DNA of 26,400 nucleotides from a virus (taxonomy: Duplodnaviria > Caudoviricetes), in the IMG/VR virus record IMGVR_UViG_3300042505_000658, positions 1 to 26,400 of that record, one strand, 5' to 3'. The translations under genes were made by a program, and so were the position numbers. Below are positions 7,732-16,087 of this stretch, piece by piece. The notes below the pieces were generated by a model that saw nothing but the letters and a program-made list of their open reading frames with translations, was not told the DNA's origin and searched no databases. Each line of letters starts with the position of its first letter. The stretch's first letter is position 1.

Positions 7732-7950
7732 ATGAAAGTCTATAAGACCGTCGAACATGACAAGTATAGGGTGACAGTAGAAAGTTTAGGCAATGATAGC
7801 TATCTAGCTACCTACTGGGATAAGGGTGCTTATGCCTATGAGAGTGACAGGGATATCTATATGTATAAGACGCTAGCTGAGGCCTATGAGAAAGCACTAG
7901 AGATAGTGGCTGAGGAAAATATACTCAAGGTATATAACCATGGTCTGTGA
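7732..7950 (+). CDS. Hypothetical protein (72 aa, Tyr-rich)
   Basis: GGGTG RBS; followed by a terminator. Confidence 0.75.
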   Translation: MKVYKTVEHDKYRVTVESLGNDSYLATYWDKGAYAYESDRDIYMYKTLAEAYEKALEIVAEENILKVYNHGL

Positions 7951-7971
7951 GGGAAAAGACACTTAGGCATT

Positions 7972-7996
7972 AAGACCGCTGTAAGGCGGTTTTTTT
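7972..7996 (+). terminator. Rho-independent terminator closing the small-gene operon
   Basis: ACCGCT-GTAA-GGCGGT stem with a GNRA loop, followed by a T run, about 20 bp after the last stop. Confidence 0.85.
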
Positions 7997-8249
7997 GCGT
8001 TTAGGGGAAAGGTATAGGGAAAGGTATATGGTCAGCGCGTAACTATCGCGCCTTATTTATTTAAAACAGGCAGACGCTGCAGCACCGTTTTTAAGGCCCT
8101 CTCTCTGCCTGACCATGTCGATATATTCTAAGACAGCCTAACGCGTCAGAGGCCTATTTGCGGCCTTTTAAAGCGACATCCTAGATAGTGCTATGATGCT
8201 GCAGGGATATAACTATAGGCGTTCAATATACTAGTGTTAAATGAACCGC

Positions 8250-8266
8250 TGTCTAAAATATTGACA
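8250..8266. promoter_or_regulatory. TGTC-N9-GACA palindrome (putative enhancer site for P3)
   Basis: TGTCTAAAATATTGACA, 25 bp upstream of the IHF-like box. Confidence 0.6.
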
Positions 8267-8291
8267 CGCTATTAGTGGTGTCTGTCAATGA

Positions 8292-8304
8292 TATCAGACT
8301 GTTA
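8292..8304 (+). promoter_or_regulatory. IHF-like site
   Basis: TATCAGACTGTTA (WATCAR-N4-TTR), 5 bp upstream of P3. Confidence 0.6.
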
Positions 8305-8309
8305 CAGCT

Positions 8310-8325
8310 TGGAACAGAGCTTGCA
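8310..8325 (+). promoter_or_regulatory. Sigma-54 (-24/-12) promoter P3, rightward
   Basis: TGGAACAGAGCTTGCA has GG-N10-GC with TTGCA; same upstream architecture as P1 and P2. Confidence 0.7.
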
Positions 8326-8399
8326 ATGATATTAGTAAGGCGACGGGAAAAGGTTCCATTCGCAAACAAGAAAGGAAACGCAAGCGCAAACTAAAGAAA

Positions 8400-8441
8400 T
8401 ATCAAACACTTAAAACAAACAGCAGCGATATCAAGCTGTTA
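8400..8441 (+). promoter_or_regulatory. Two perfect IHF consensus sites
   Basis: TATCAAACACTTA (8400-8412) and TATCAAGCTGTTA (8429-8441). Confidence 0.65.
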
Positions 8442-8448
8442 ACAAAGG

Positions 8449-8503
8449 TGTCAAAAGTTTGGACAAACTGTCAAAATTCCTGACAGGTGTCAGAAAACTG
8501 ACA
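8449..8503. repeat. Three tandem TGTC-N8/9-GACA palindromes
   Basis: TGTCAAAAGTTTGGACA (8449-8465), TGTCAAAATTCCTGACA (8469-8485), TGTCAGAAAACTGACA (8488-8503). Confidence 0.85.
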
Positions 8504-8642
8504 GGGGGGGTGGGGGTCTACTTGCGATTGCAATTTGCATTGCCCCCCTCAAAAAATTCGCAAACAATCCTTGCACTATTCTTATTCCCCTACTAAGGCT
8601 ATATTAGAATCTTCATAAAACCTTTACTAACGAGGTATTTTT

Positions 8643-9530
8643 ATGGCCAGACAGCCAGGTAGGCCGAAGGTAGTGCCTGATGAGGCTATTTCAGCCTTAT
8701 ATGACCCTCAAAATCCAGATGCTTTACTGAACAGGTTGCCTCCTAGATTGGTGCCTATCTTAGAGCGTGTGCGGAACAAACTGCCTAGGACATTGATGCT
8801 GACTGAGAGGGAGATCAGGACGCAGTGCCAGCCTGATGAGCGTGACGAGCGTGTCAGGTTATCGTTCTGGGATGAGTATAATGCGGCTACTGCTAGCGGC
8901 AAGAAGATGGCTTTACAGTCGATCATCTGTGGTGCTGTGAGCTGGGAGATGTGGGTATCTGGCTATGAGCCTAACAATAAGCGTATGCTTTGGATCTTTA
9001 CCCCGCCGGTCAGTTATGCGATCCAGATGAGACATATCTTGCATAAGGGAACTGAGCGTCTTTTAGAAATTATGAACCTTCCTATGTTGGGTGAAGACGG
9101 CAAGGTAGATACGAAGGTAGCGACCCTTATTTTGAAGGCATGGCAGTTAGCTGATATGCGTATAAAGGGTGGTATTGTTCAGCGTATGCAAGTTGAGCAA
9201 AAGTCTGTGAATGTAAACTTTAACTCTGAGCAACCTGTAGATCAGCTTAGGGAGCAGGTTAGTGGTTTACAGTTAGAGGATCTTGAGACGTTAGAGCGCA
9301 GGATTGAGAAGGCTAAGAGGGATCAGCATAGGTATTTAAAGCACTATGACGGGGACATTAAGTCTCTGATTAAGAGTGGTGATCAAGAGATTTTGGATGA
9401 TGTGGAGACTGTCACAAGGCATGGTCAGCGGATGATGATGCCAGACATTCCAGAGTTGCCTGATATTGAACTAAAGTTTGAAGAGGTCACGGATGGCCAA
9501 GAAGAAGCAGAGCCGCGAAGCACGCATTGA
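8643..9530 (+). CDS. Putative terminase small subunit (295 aa)
   Basis: GAGGT RBS; N-terminal PGRPK; directly upstream of and overlapping terL. The function is inferred from position only. Confidence 0.5.
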   Translation: MARQPGRPKVVPDEAISALYDPQNPDALLNRLPPRLVPILERVRNKLPRTLMLTEREIRTQCQPDERDERVRLSFWDEYNAATASGKKMALQSIICGAVSWEMWVSGYEPNNKRMLWIFTPPVSYAIQMRHILHKGTERLLEIMNLPMLGEDGKVDTKVATLILKAWQLADMRIKGGIVQRMQVEQKSVNVNFNSEQPVDQLREQVSGLQLEDLETLERRIEKAKRDQHRYLKHYDGDIKSLIKSGDQEILDDVETVTRHGQRMMMPDIPELPDIELKFEEVTDGQEEAEPRSTH

Positions 9531-11136
9531 TGCTTTCGTAGAGAAGTCTAAGGAAAGACAGCTCAAGGAGATGACGCGTGAGATGACGCGCATGAAAAAC
9601 CTTGATCCACTAACTTTCCAGCAAAGTGTTATCAAGGCTAGGATCAAAGAGCTTCGGGAAGATTTACCGCACCTATATGGGTGGAAGTTTTATCCATGGG
9701 CTAGAGAGTTCTTTGAATCCCGTAACAGAATGAACCTTCTTTGTGCTGCTAACCAGATTGGTAAGAGCAGCATAGCTATCAGAAAAAACATCGAATGGGC
9801 TTGCAATAAGAAGCTATGGCCAGAGCTGTGGGATAAAGAGCCAAAGCAATTTTGGTATTTTTATCCTTCTGATCAGGTTTCGACTATTCAAGTAGAAAAA
9901 TCTTGGGTTCCTGAGTTTTTGCCGCGTGGTGCGATGAAAGACCATGAGAACTATGGTTGGGACATTGAGTATAAAAGCGGAGATGTGCACGCCATACACT
10001 TTCGCAGTGGGTGTAGTATATTTTTCAAGTCCTATGGTCAGAAGGTTGTTAATTTGCAGACAAGTGCTGTCGCAATGATGACTTTCGATGAGGAGGCCCC
10101 TGAAGAGATTATAAACGAATGTCTTGCGCGGCTTCGTGCCACAAGGGGATATTTTAATCAAGTCTTCACGGCTACCCGTGGATTGCAGGTTTGGTATAGA
10201 GCCATGGAGTGTATCGGCACATCTGAGGAGATGTTTCCACAAGCATGGAAGCGCAGCGTATCGATGCGCGAATGTATGTACTACGATGACGGCACACCAA
10301 GTCAATGGACGCCTGAGAGGATTAAAGAAGCTGAAGGTTACTGCACATCCCAGGCTGAGATATTAAAGCGTATTGACGGTAGGTTTGTAAAAGATGAAGG
10401 GCGAAGGTATGGATCATTTAATCCAGACACAGCTCTTGGCGATGCTACAGAAAAAATTCCACCTAACTGGAGGTATTATGCTGGCGTTGACATTGGTAGT
10501 GGTGGGCGCGGCAGGAGTGCTGGTGCTGTGGTTATTGTTGCTTGCAGTAACGATTTGGATCGTGGAAGAGTTGTTAGGACTTGGCGTGGAGATTACGAAG
10601 AGACGACCGCCAAAGACATCCTTGAGAAGTACAAAGAGCTTAGAAAAGGAATAGTCATCACACAGGCTTGCTATGATTACCAGTCTAGGGAGTTTGGCCT
10701 CATAGCTAGTCGTAGCGGTGAGCCGTTCCTTCCAGCCGACAAGCATCGTGACTCTGGGGAGCAAATAGCTAACACATTGTTCCAGACAGGAGCTTTGACA
10801 ATTGATGACGGGGTGTACGATAATCCTAAGCTTGTCACGGAGTTAATGTCTGTACCTGCTGGAGAAAAGAACAGAAAGTACCAAGACGACCTAACTGACG
10901 CTCTTCGTTATGTTTTGAAGCTTATTCCTTGGGATTTTGTTAAAATTGCTCCAAATTTAAAATTAGAGGATGAAGAACGCGAAGAAGTGCCGCATACTGA
11001 TTGGACAAAAGATCAGTACCAACAGTGGCAAATAAAACAACGTCGTGGGGAGATGTTTGATGAAGACTGTTCAAAAGACGAATGGCAAAACTTCAAAGAC
11101 GAAGTTGCCGCATGGAACGAAGCATACGGAAACTAG
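9493..11136 (+). CDS. terL: Terminase large subunit (547 aa)
   Basis: YPWAREF, Walker A AANQIGKS, Walker B MTFDEE, FTAT coupling motif, nuclease GVDIG and DDLTDALRY; GAGG RBS before ATG 9493. Confidence 0.93.
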   Translation: MAKKKQSREARIDAFVEKSKERQLKEMTREMTRMKNLDPLTFQQSVIKARIKELREDLPHLYGWKFYPWAREFFESRNRMNLLCAANQIGKSSIAIRKNIEWACNKKLWPELWDKEPKQFWYFYPSDQVSTIQVEKSWVPEFLPRGAMKDHENYGWDIEYKSGDVHAIHFRSGCSIFFKSYGQKVVNLQTSAVAMMTFDEEAPEEIINECLARLRATRGYFNQVFTATRGLQVWYRAMECIGTSEEMFPQAWKRSVSMRECMYYDDGTPSQWTPERIKEAEGYCTSQAEILKRIDGRFVKDEGRRYGSFNPDTALGDATEKIPPNWRYYAGVDIGSGGRGRSAGAVVIVACSNDLDRGRVVRTWRGDYEETTAKDILEKYKELRKGIVITQACYDYQSREFGLIASRSGEPFLPADKHRDSGEQIANTLFQTGALTIDDGVYDNPKLVTELMSVPAGEKNRKYQDDLTDALRYVLKLIPWDFVKIAPNLKLEDEEREEVPHTDWTKDQYQQWQIKQRRGEMFDEDCSKDEWQNFKDEVAAWNEAYGN

Positions 11137-11416
11137 CAAACGCTATAAACTTCTTGGTATTATAAACGAATGTCGAAAACTTGGCGTCAGCAAGATAAAG
11201 ACTACCGAATTTGAGGTAGAATTTTTTTTGGAAAGATCTCAAGAGGTCGGTGATTTCGTTGATGCAAACGAAATGAAAAAACCAGCGGCGATTGACAAAG
11301 AACTTATGGATGAAGTTCGGATGTCACAGCTTATGATCGATGATCCATTTGGTTTTGAGCGTGAAGTTTTAAATGCTGAACAAAGGAGAGCGTTCCATGA
11401 AGCCCATGAAAATTGA
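11060..11416 (+). CDS. Hypothetical protein between terminase and portal (start uncertain)
   Basis: Only ORF filling the terL-portal gap; GGGGAG before ATG 11060; IINECRKLGVSKIKTTEFEVEF segment. Confidence 0.6.
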   Translation: MKTVQKTNGKTSKTKLPHGTKHTETSKRYKLLGIINECRKLGVSKIKTTEFEVEFFLERSQEVGDFVDANEMKKPAAIDKELMDEVRMSQLMIDDPFGFEREVLNAEQRRAFHEAHEN

Positions 11417-13490
11417 TGAGCTAAATAAACTTCACGATGACGCAAAATCAGTCGATAAAGAAGTATTGTCTGAGATGCGTTCTAATATTTTGCTTATCTC
11501 AGGTGAGCATTATTCAAAACGCTTAAATGATCTCTGGCAACGCAACAGAGTTAATGGAATCACGGCAGATCCGTATCAACTACGCATTACTAAGAATTGG
11601 CTTCACAGAGCGCACAGGATTTACGTCAACGCCATCATGTCTCAAGCTCCTGGCGTAACTATTTCTCCAAGAAACCAAACAGAACTGCAAGATCAGAAGT
11701 CTGCCGAACTAAATAAAGCAGTTTGGGAAGACGCGAAACAAAGATACAAGCTAAACGCTTTGATTCGTGATCTTTGTGGTGATTTTTGCGGTATCGGTGA
11801 GTGTGCGGTAAAGATTTTCTTTGATCCTACCAAAGGAAAACTCAAAGGATATGAGCCAACTGTAGATGAACTAGGAAATCCAGCAGTAGATGAGATGGGT
11901 ATGCCAGTACCCGATGAATCTAAGCCAGTATTTTCTGGAGAATTTGTATTTGAGCGTCTTTTCGGTCAAAATGTATTTAGAGATCCATCATGTATGCAGA
12001 TGAAAGACGCAAGATGGATTGGTATTGAGAAGCTTGAGTCAAGTAAGGTGCTAAAAGAGCGGTATAAAGACCAAGAAGAGAAGATTAAGTTCATTACTGA
12101 ATCAAACGAAGACTTTGTAGTGTTTGACTCCATGAAAAGTGGGTATGGACGTGAAAAGGATCAAACTTTACTCCTTGAATACTACTTTAAGCCTTCTCCG
12201 GAGTATCCGCAGGGATATTTTTACATCGCGACGAAAGCGGGCATCCTTGAAGAAGGGCCTCTACCTGGAGGGATCTTTCCGATTGCTTGGAAAGGTTTTG
12301 ACGAACATCCTACTAAGGCAAGGGCCACTAGCATTGTTAAGGTCGCTAGGCCGTGGCAAGCGGAAATAAACCGTGCGTCGTCGCAGGTTGCCTTACATGG
12401 TATCACGATTGCGGAAGATAAGATTCTTTATCAAGCCGGTACGAAGGTATCCCAAGGTAGTCTTCTTCCTGGTGTTCGCGGAATTACATATCAAGGCCAG
12501 CCGCCCACTATTCTTCCTGGTCGTAACGGAGAACAATTCTACGAATATATAGCCATGAATGAGCAAGAAATGAGCCGCGCGCTCATGATTGACCTAGTAG
12601 ATCAAGAAAAAGCGACCAATTTAGACCCTATGGCCATGCTATTTCGCAGCATGAATCAGACCCAAAAGTTCTCATTTTATGCGACAAAGTTTGGTGAATT
12701 CTTGGTTGAGATATGCGAAAAGTTCCTTGATCTAGCCAAATTCTACCTTGAAGGTGACGAATTAATCGCTGCCATAGGACGGGCAGAGGTTATTAACATT
12801 GCAGAGTTTAAAACAACAACTCCGCTGTCACATTTAATTCAAGTAGAAGACCAACTAGAGACGATTGAGACAAAGTTAGGAAAGACTTTGGTTCTCAATC
12901 ACATCATGCAGTATGTTGGCACCAATCTTGAGCGCGATGACATCGGAAAACTCATCACACAGTTTCCTTTTGCTAACTGGCAAGAGGCGTTTGGTGACTT
13001 TACGATTAACGAGCGTAACGTCAAGAATGACTTCCTTGCAATGGAGCGCGGTGAGATGCCGCAGATCTCTCCAAGTGACGACTCTGCATATGTTCTCAAG
13101 CAAGTTGCTAAACGCAAGAAGGAAAGAGACTTCGGTCTTCTTGATCCGCAGATTCAAGACCTGTATACGCAGTATGAGCAGTTCCATTTAGACAAGCAAG
13201 CTCAAGAGTCTGCTGCTCTAAAGGCCGCTCAATCTGAGTTTATTCCTACTGGTGGAGCTATGGTAGCTGCCGATATGTATGTGCCTGATTCAGATCCTAC
13301 GAAAGCTCCTAAGCGCGTAAGATTGCCGTATCAAGCACTAGATTGGTTGCTAAAGCAGCTTCAACAGCAAGGCATGACTCAGGATGCTATGCAGCAAATG
13401 AATCAAGCTCAGATGGCTGAGGTAGCAGGGTTGCTACTGAACGAATCTGGGCAACAACAGGGCCAGCAAAGCCCTATGGGAGTGATGTGA
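11397..13490 (+). CDS. Portal protein, P22-like size (697 aa)
   Basis: Position after terL; DQKSAELNKAVW, GIGECAVKIFFD and PWQAEINR segments; Gln-rich helical C-terminus; AAGGAG RBS. Confidence 0.85.
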   Translation: MKPMKIDELNKLHDDAKSVDKEVLSEMRSNILLISGEHYSKRLNDLWQRNRVNGITADPYQLRITKNWLHRAHRIYVNAIMSQAPGVTISPRNQTELQDQKSAELNKAVWEDAKQRYKLNALIRDLCGDFCGIGECAVKIFFDPTKGKLKGYEPTVDELGNPAVDEMGMPVPDESKPVFSGEFVFERLFGQNVFRDPSCMQMKDARWIGIEKLESSKVLKERYKDQEEKIKFITESNEDFVVFDSMKSGYGREKDQTLLLEYYFKPSPEYPQGYFYIATKAGILEEGPLPGGIFPIAWKGFDEHPTKARATSIVKVARPWQAEINRASSQVALHGITIAEDKILYQAGTKVSQGSLLPGVRGITYQGQPPTILPGRNGEQFYEYIAMNEQEMSRALMIDLVDQEKATNLDPMAMLFRSMNQTQKFSFYATKFGEFLVEICEKFLDLAKFYLEGDELIAAIGRAEVINIAEFKTTTPLSHLIQVEDQLETIETKLGKTLVLNHIMQYVGTNLERDDIGKLITQFPFANWQEAFGDFTINERNVKNDFLAMERGEMPQISPSDDSAYVLKQVAKRKKERDFGLLDPQIQDLYTQYEQFHLDKQAQESAALKAAQSEFIPTGGAMVAADMYVPDSDPTKAPKRVRLPYQALDWLLKQLQQQGMTQDAMQQMNQAQMAEVAGLLLNESGQQQGQQSPMGVM

Positions 13491-13491
13491 C

Positions 13492-14496
13492 ATGGAAGTT
13501 GAATCAACAAGTGTAGAAACGACAGCGGTAGACACCACAACAACTGCGCCGGAAACGACGCCTACCACAGAAGCGGTAGAAACAAAAGCTTCTGAGCCAA
13601 AGGGACTTGATGCTATCAAAACAGCAAGCCCTAAGACGGCGATTGACAAGAATCTTAAAGATGTTCCTCCAGCTCAAGATCCATACACACCAAACTACAA
13701 GTTTAAAGTGTTGGATAAAGAACTTGAGATTGATGAGTGGCTCAGACCAGTTATCAAAAGTCAAGATATGGAGAAGAAAGTTAAAGAACTTTATGAGAAG
13801 GCTTACGGTCTTGATTCTATCAAGCCAAAACATCAAGCCATCAAAGAAGAACTTGAACAAACAAAAGCAAAAGCTGCTGAAACAGATCAAGCTCTTAACA
13901 TTCTTGGAAAATATCTATCAGACAATGACTTTGACAGCTTTTTTGAAGGACTCAATATTCCAAAAGACAAGATTTTGGGGTATGCTTTAGAATTAGTAAA
14001 ACGTGAGCAGATGTCGCCTGAGCAGAAGGCTCAGTGGCAAGCAAGCAAGCAAGCCAAAGAAGCTGCCCGTTATTACGAAGTTGAGAACGCGCGCTTGCAG
14101 CAAAGCCAGCAGCAATTTGCAGTTCAACAACGAACCTTTGAGCTTGATATGGCTCTATCGCAACCAGAAGCCAAGGTTGTGGCAGACACATACAACGCTG
14201 GAATGGGAAGCCCAGAAGCCTTTAAAGATTACTGCATCCAGATTGGTCAGGCATACGCTGCGCGTGGACAGGACATCCCCGCAAATGTTGCCGTAAGTGA
14301 AGCCATCAAGCATTTGAAAGCAATTAACCCAAGCCTAGGTGTTGCTCCGGTTGCTGGTGGTGCGCAGATAGTGCAAGCTTCACAAAAGCCAGTCATCCCG
14401 AACATTCAAGGTCGCGGGACAAGTGCAGTTAAACCAGCAGTGAAGTCGCTGGAAGATTTAAAGAAGCGGGCTAAAGAACTGACAGAACAATATTAA
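13492..14496 (+). CDS. Putative capsid scaffolding protein (334 aa)
   Basis: Between portal and capsid; T/E/P-rich disordered N-terminus, YKFKVLDKELEI, coiled coils, short C-terminal helix. Confidence 0.7.
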   Translation: MEVESTSVETTAVDTTTTAPETTPTTEAVETKASEPKGLDAIKTASPKTAIDKNLKDVPPAQDPYTPNYKFKVLDKELEIDEWLRPVIKSQDMEKKVKELYEKAYGLDSIKPKHQAIKEELEQTKAKAAETDQALNILGKYLSDNDFDSFFEGLNIPKDKILGYALELVKREQMSPEQKAQWQASKQAKEAARYYEVENARLQQSQQQFAVQQRTFELDMALSQPEAKVVADTYNAGMGSPEAFKDYCIQIGQAYAARGQDIPANVAVSEAIKHLKAINPSLGVAPVAGGAQIVQASQKPVIPNIQGRGTSAVKPAVKSLEDLKKRAKELTEQY

Positions 14497-14523
14497 CAAA
14501 ACACAATTCTCAAGGAGTGAGAA

Positions 14524-15777
14524 ATGGCAACAGTAGTAAATAGTTCGTTTCAGTCGATGCTCAATGAGTATCTACCGAACCGCATGATCATGGAAGAGCT
14601 AGTTAAGCGTGACTGGTTTCTTTCTAACCTAGAAATTGATAACGGCTGGCAAGGCTCTAAGATCATCGTTCCTTTCAAAGGAGCTGGTGCATCTTCGGTT
14701 GAGTTTGGTCAATTGGCAGAAGTAACTGATATCTCTCAATCAGTTTATGTTCGTGGCGAAATTCCAACATACGTAGAAGCTTGGGCTTCTCTTTTGTTTA
14801 ACCACAGGGATCTTTTAGATGCCGAAGGAAAAATTCCTGAAGCTACTTTCTTGAAAATTCTTCCAGGCGAAGTTGACGCTATGGTTGATTACTTCAAGCA
14901 AGTTGTATCTACATCTCTTGGCGCAGGTAGCCACTTCGCTAAAGCTGTAGAAGCTGGTACTGCTGGCGGCGAACTAGAAGTAGATCATGTTGATCGCTTC
15001 CAAATTGGCCAAAAAGTAGAGCTTAAAGATGGCGCAGAAGCTACTATTGTTGCTTACGTTAGATCTATTGACGTAAACAGCACATCATCCGGTGGAACTG
15101 GAACTGTAACGCTCTATGACGCGCGCACTGGCGGATCTCCAAAAAATTTAAGCACATTGGCTGTTGGATCTAAATGTTACCACCCAGGTGCTTTGGCTGG
15201 CTCATTTACTTCGATCCGCGAAGTTCTTTTGAGCGTAGCGAATGGTGGCTCTGCTGATGTTCACGGCGTTAGCAAACTTGCTTACCCAATTTTGCAAGCT
15301 GTTAACATTAACGGAGCAAGTGTTACTGCTTCAAACATTTTGGACAAATTGTTTGATGGTTACACCGAAGTTCGTCGTAAAGCTAAAGGCAACGCTAATA
15401 CGATTGTTATGTCGTTTAAGCACCTTGGCTCTATTATGAAGCTAATTGAAACCCAAAAAGGCCCATTCGCTGTTACGAAGCAACCAAGTGCTTCGCTATA
15501 CGGATGGACTGAGCTGGAAGTTACTAGCGTAAAGGGGTCGTTAAAACTCATCGGTTTAATTGAGCTTGATGATGACGTGATCATGTATCTTGATCTCAAA
15601 TCGATGGTATTCCGTACCCGTGGCGGATTCCGTAAGCGCAAATCTCCTGAAGGCAAAGAATATTTTGAAATCAGGGGTGTCGATGGGTTTAAATACGTAG
15701 TCGACATGTGCCTTTTTGGGCAGCTTGAAGTTAACGCTCCAGGCCACAACGCAATTATGTACGGCATCAGTTACTAA
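14524..15777 (+). CDS. Major capsid protein (417 aa)
   Basis: Position after the scaffold, AAGGAG RBS, GCT/GTT-biased codons, multiple stops and a downstream hairpin; size fits an HK97 fold with an insertion domain. Confidence 0.8.
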   Translation: MATVVNSSFQSMLNEYLPNRMIMEELVKRDWFLSNLEIDNGWQGSKIIVPFKGAGASSVEFGQLAEVTDISQSVYVRGEIPTYVEAWASLLFNHRDLLDAEGKIPEATFLKILPGEVDAMVDYFKQVVSTSLGAGSHFAKAVEAGTAGGELEVDHVDRFQIGQKVELKDGAEATIVAYVRSIDVNSTSSGGTGTVTLYDARTGGSPKNLSTLAVGSKCYHPGALAGSFTSIREVLLSVANGGSADVHGVSKLAYPILQAVNINGASVTASNILDKLFDGYTEVRRKAKGNANTIVMSFKHLGSIMKLIETQKGPFAVTKQPSASLYGWTELEVTSVKGSLKLIGLIELDDDVIMYLDLKSMVFRTRGGFRKRKSPEGKEYFEIRGVDGFKYVVDMCLFGQLEVNAPGHNAIMYGISY

Positions 15778-15789
15778 TAAGTAAACTTT

Positions 15790-15830
15790 GGGGGAGTGTG
15801 GCTGCTAGGACGGTGGCCATCTCCCCTTCT
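15790..15830 (+). terminator. Hairpin after the capsid gene (leaky terminator or mRNA stabiliser)
   Basis: GGGGAG/CTCCCC outer stem, TGGCTGCT/GGTGGCCA inner stem, weak T tail. Confidence 0.6.
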
Positions 15831-15845
15831 GTACTGGAGAACACC

Positions 15846-16070
15846 ATGGCAGATACAGGCCATTTAAAAACACAAGCTCACGAACTAATTAAACAACACT
15901 GTGAATACGACGGATCTGGTCGAATGGTAGAAGTTTATACTGTTCGTGCTGACGCTGAAGACGGTACACCATGTTCTGTGGTAAGATACGCCTACGACGG
16001 GCTATCAACTAGAGTTTTGTTCATGAAAGAAGAGACAGCCACTTGGGATGCTTCGTGGGAGCTGTTGTAA
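15846..16070 (+). CDS. Hypothetical small virion-associated protein (74 aa)
   Basis: GGAG RBS before ATG 15846; the longer GTG start lies inside the hairpin. Confidence 0.7.
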   Translation: MADTGHLKTQAHELIKQHCEYDGSGRMVEVYTVRADAEDGTPCSVVRYAYDGLSTRVLFMKEETATWDASWELL

Positions 16071-16087
16071 TATATTAGGAGATCAGG

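Larger units (their letters stand above)
7086..7737 (+). repeat. Start-associated 14-bp repeat GGTGAAACATGAAA (3 copies)
   Basis: Exact copies at 7086-7099, 7335-7348 and 7724-7737, each spanning RBS, spacer and ATG AAA of consecutive genes. Confidence 0.85.

Noticed and set aside
8449-8503. TGTCA/TGACA repeats as transposon ends
   Set aside because: No transposase or target-site duplication; the sites are internal palindromes tied to promoter geometry.
8511-8526. TGGGGGTCTACTTGCG as a fourth sigma-54 promoter
   Set aside because: GG-N10-GC is present, but the GG comes from a G tract, the CAC is missing, and it abuts the palindromes with no IHF spacer.
15775-15790. Capsid readthrough or frameshift extension
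   Set aside because: TAA TAA plus a further TAA follow the gene, and no slippery sequence is evident.
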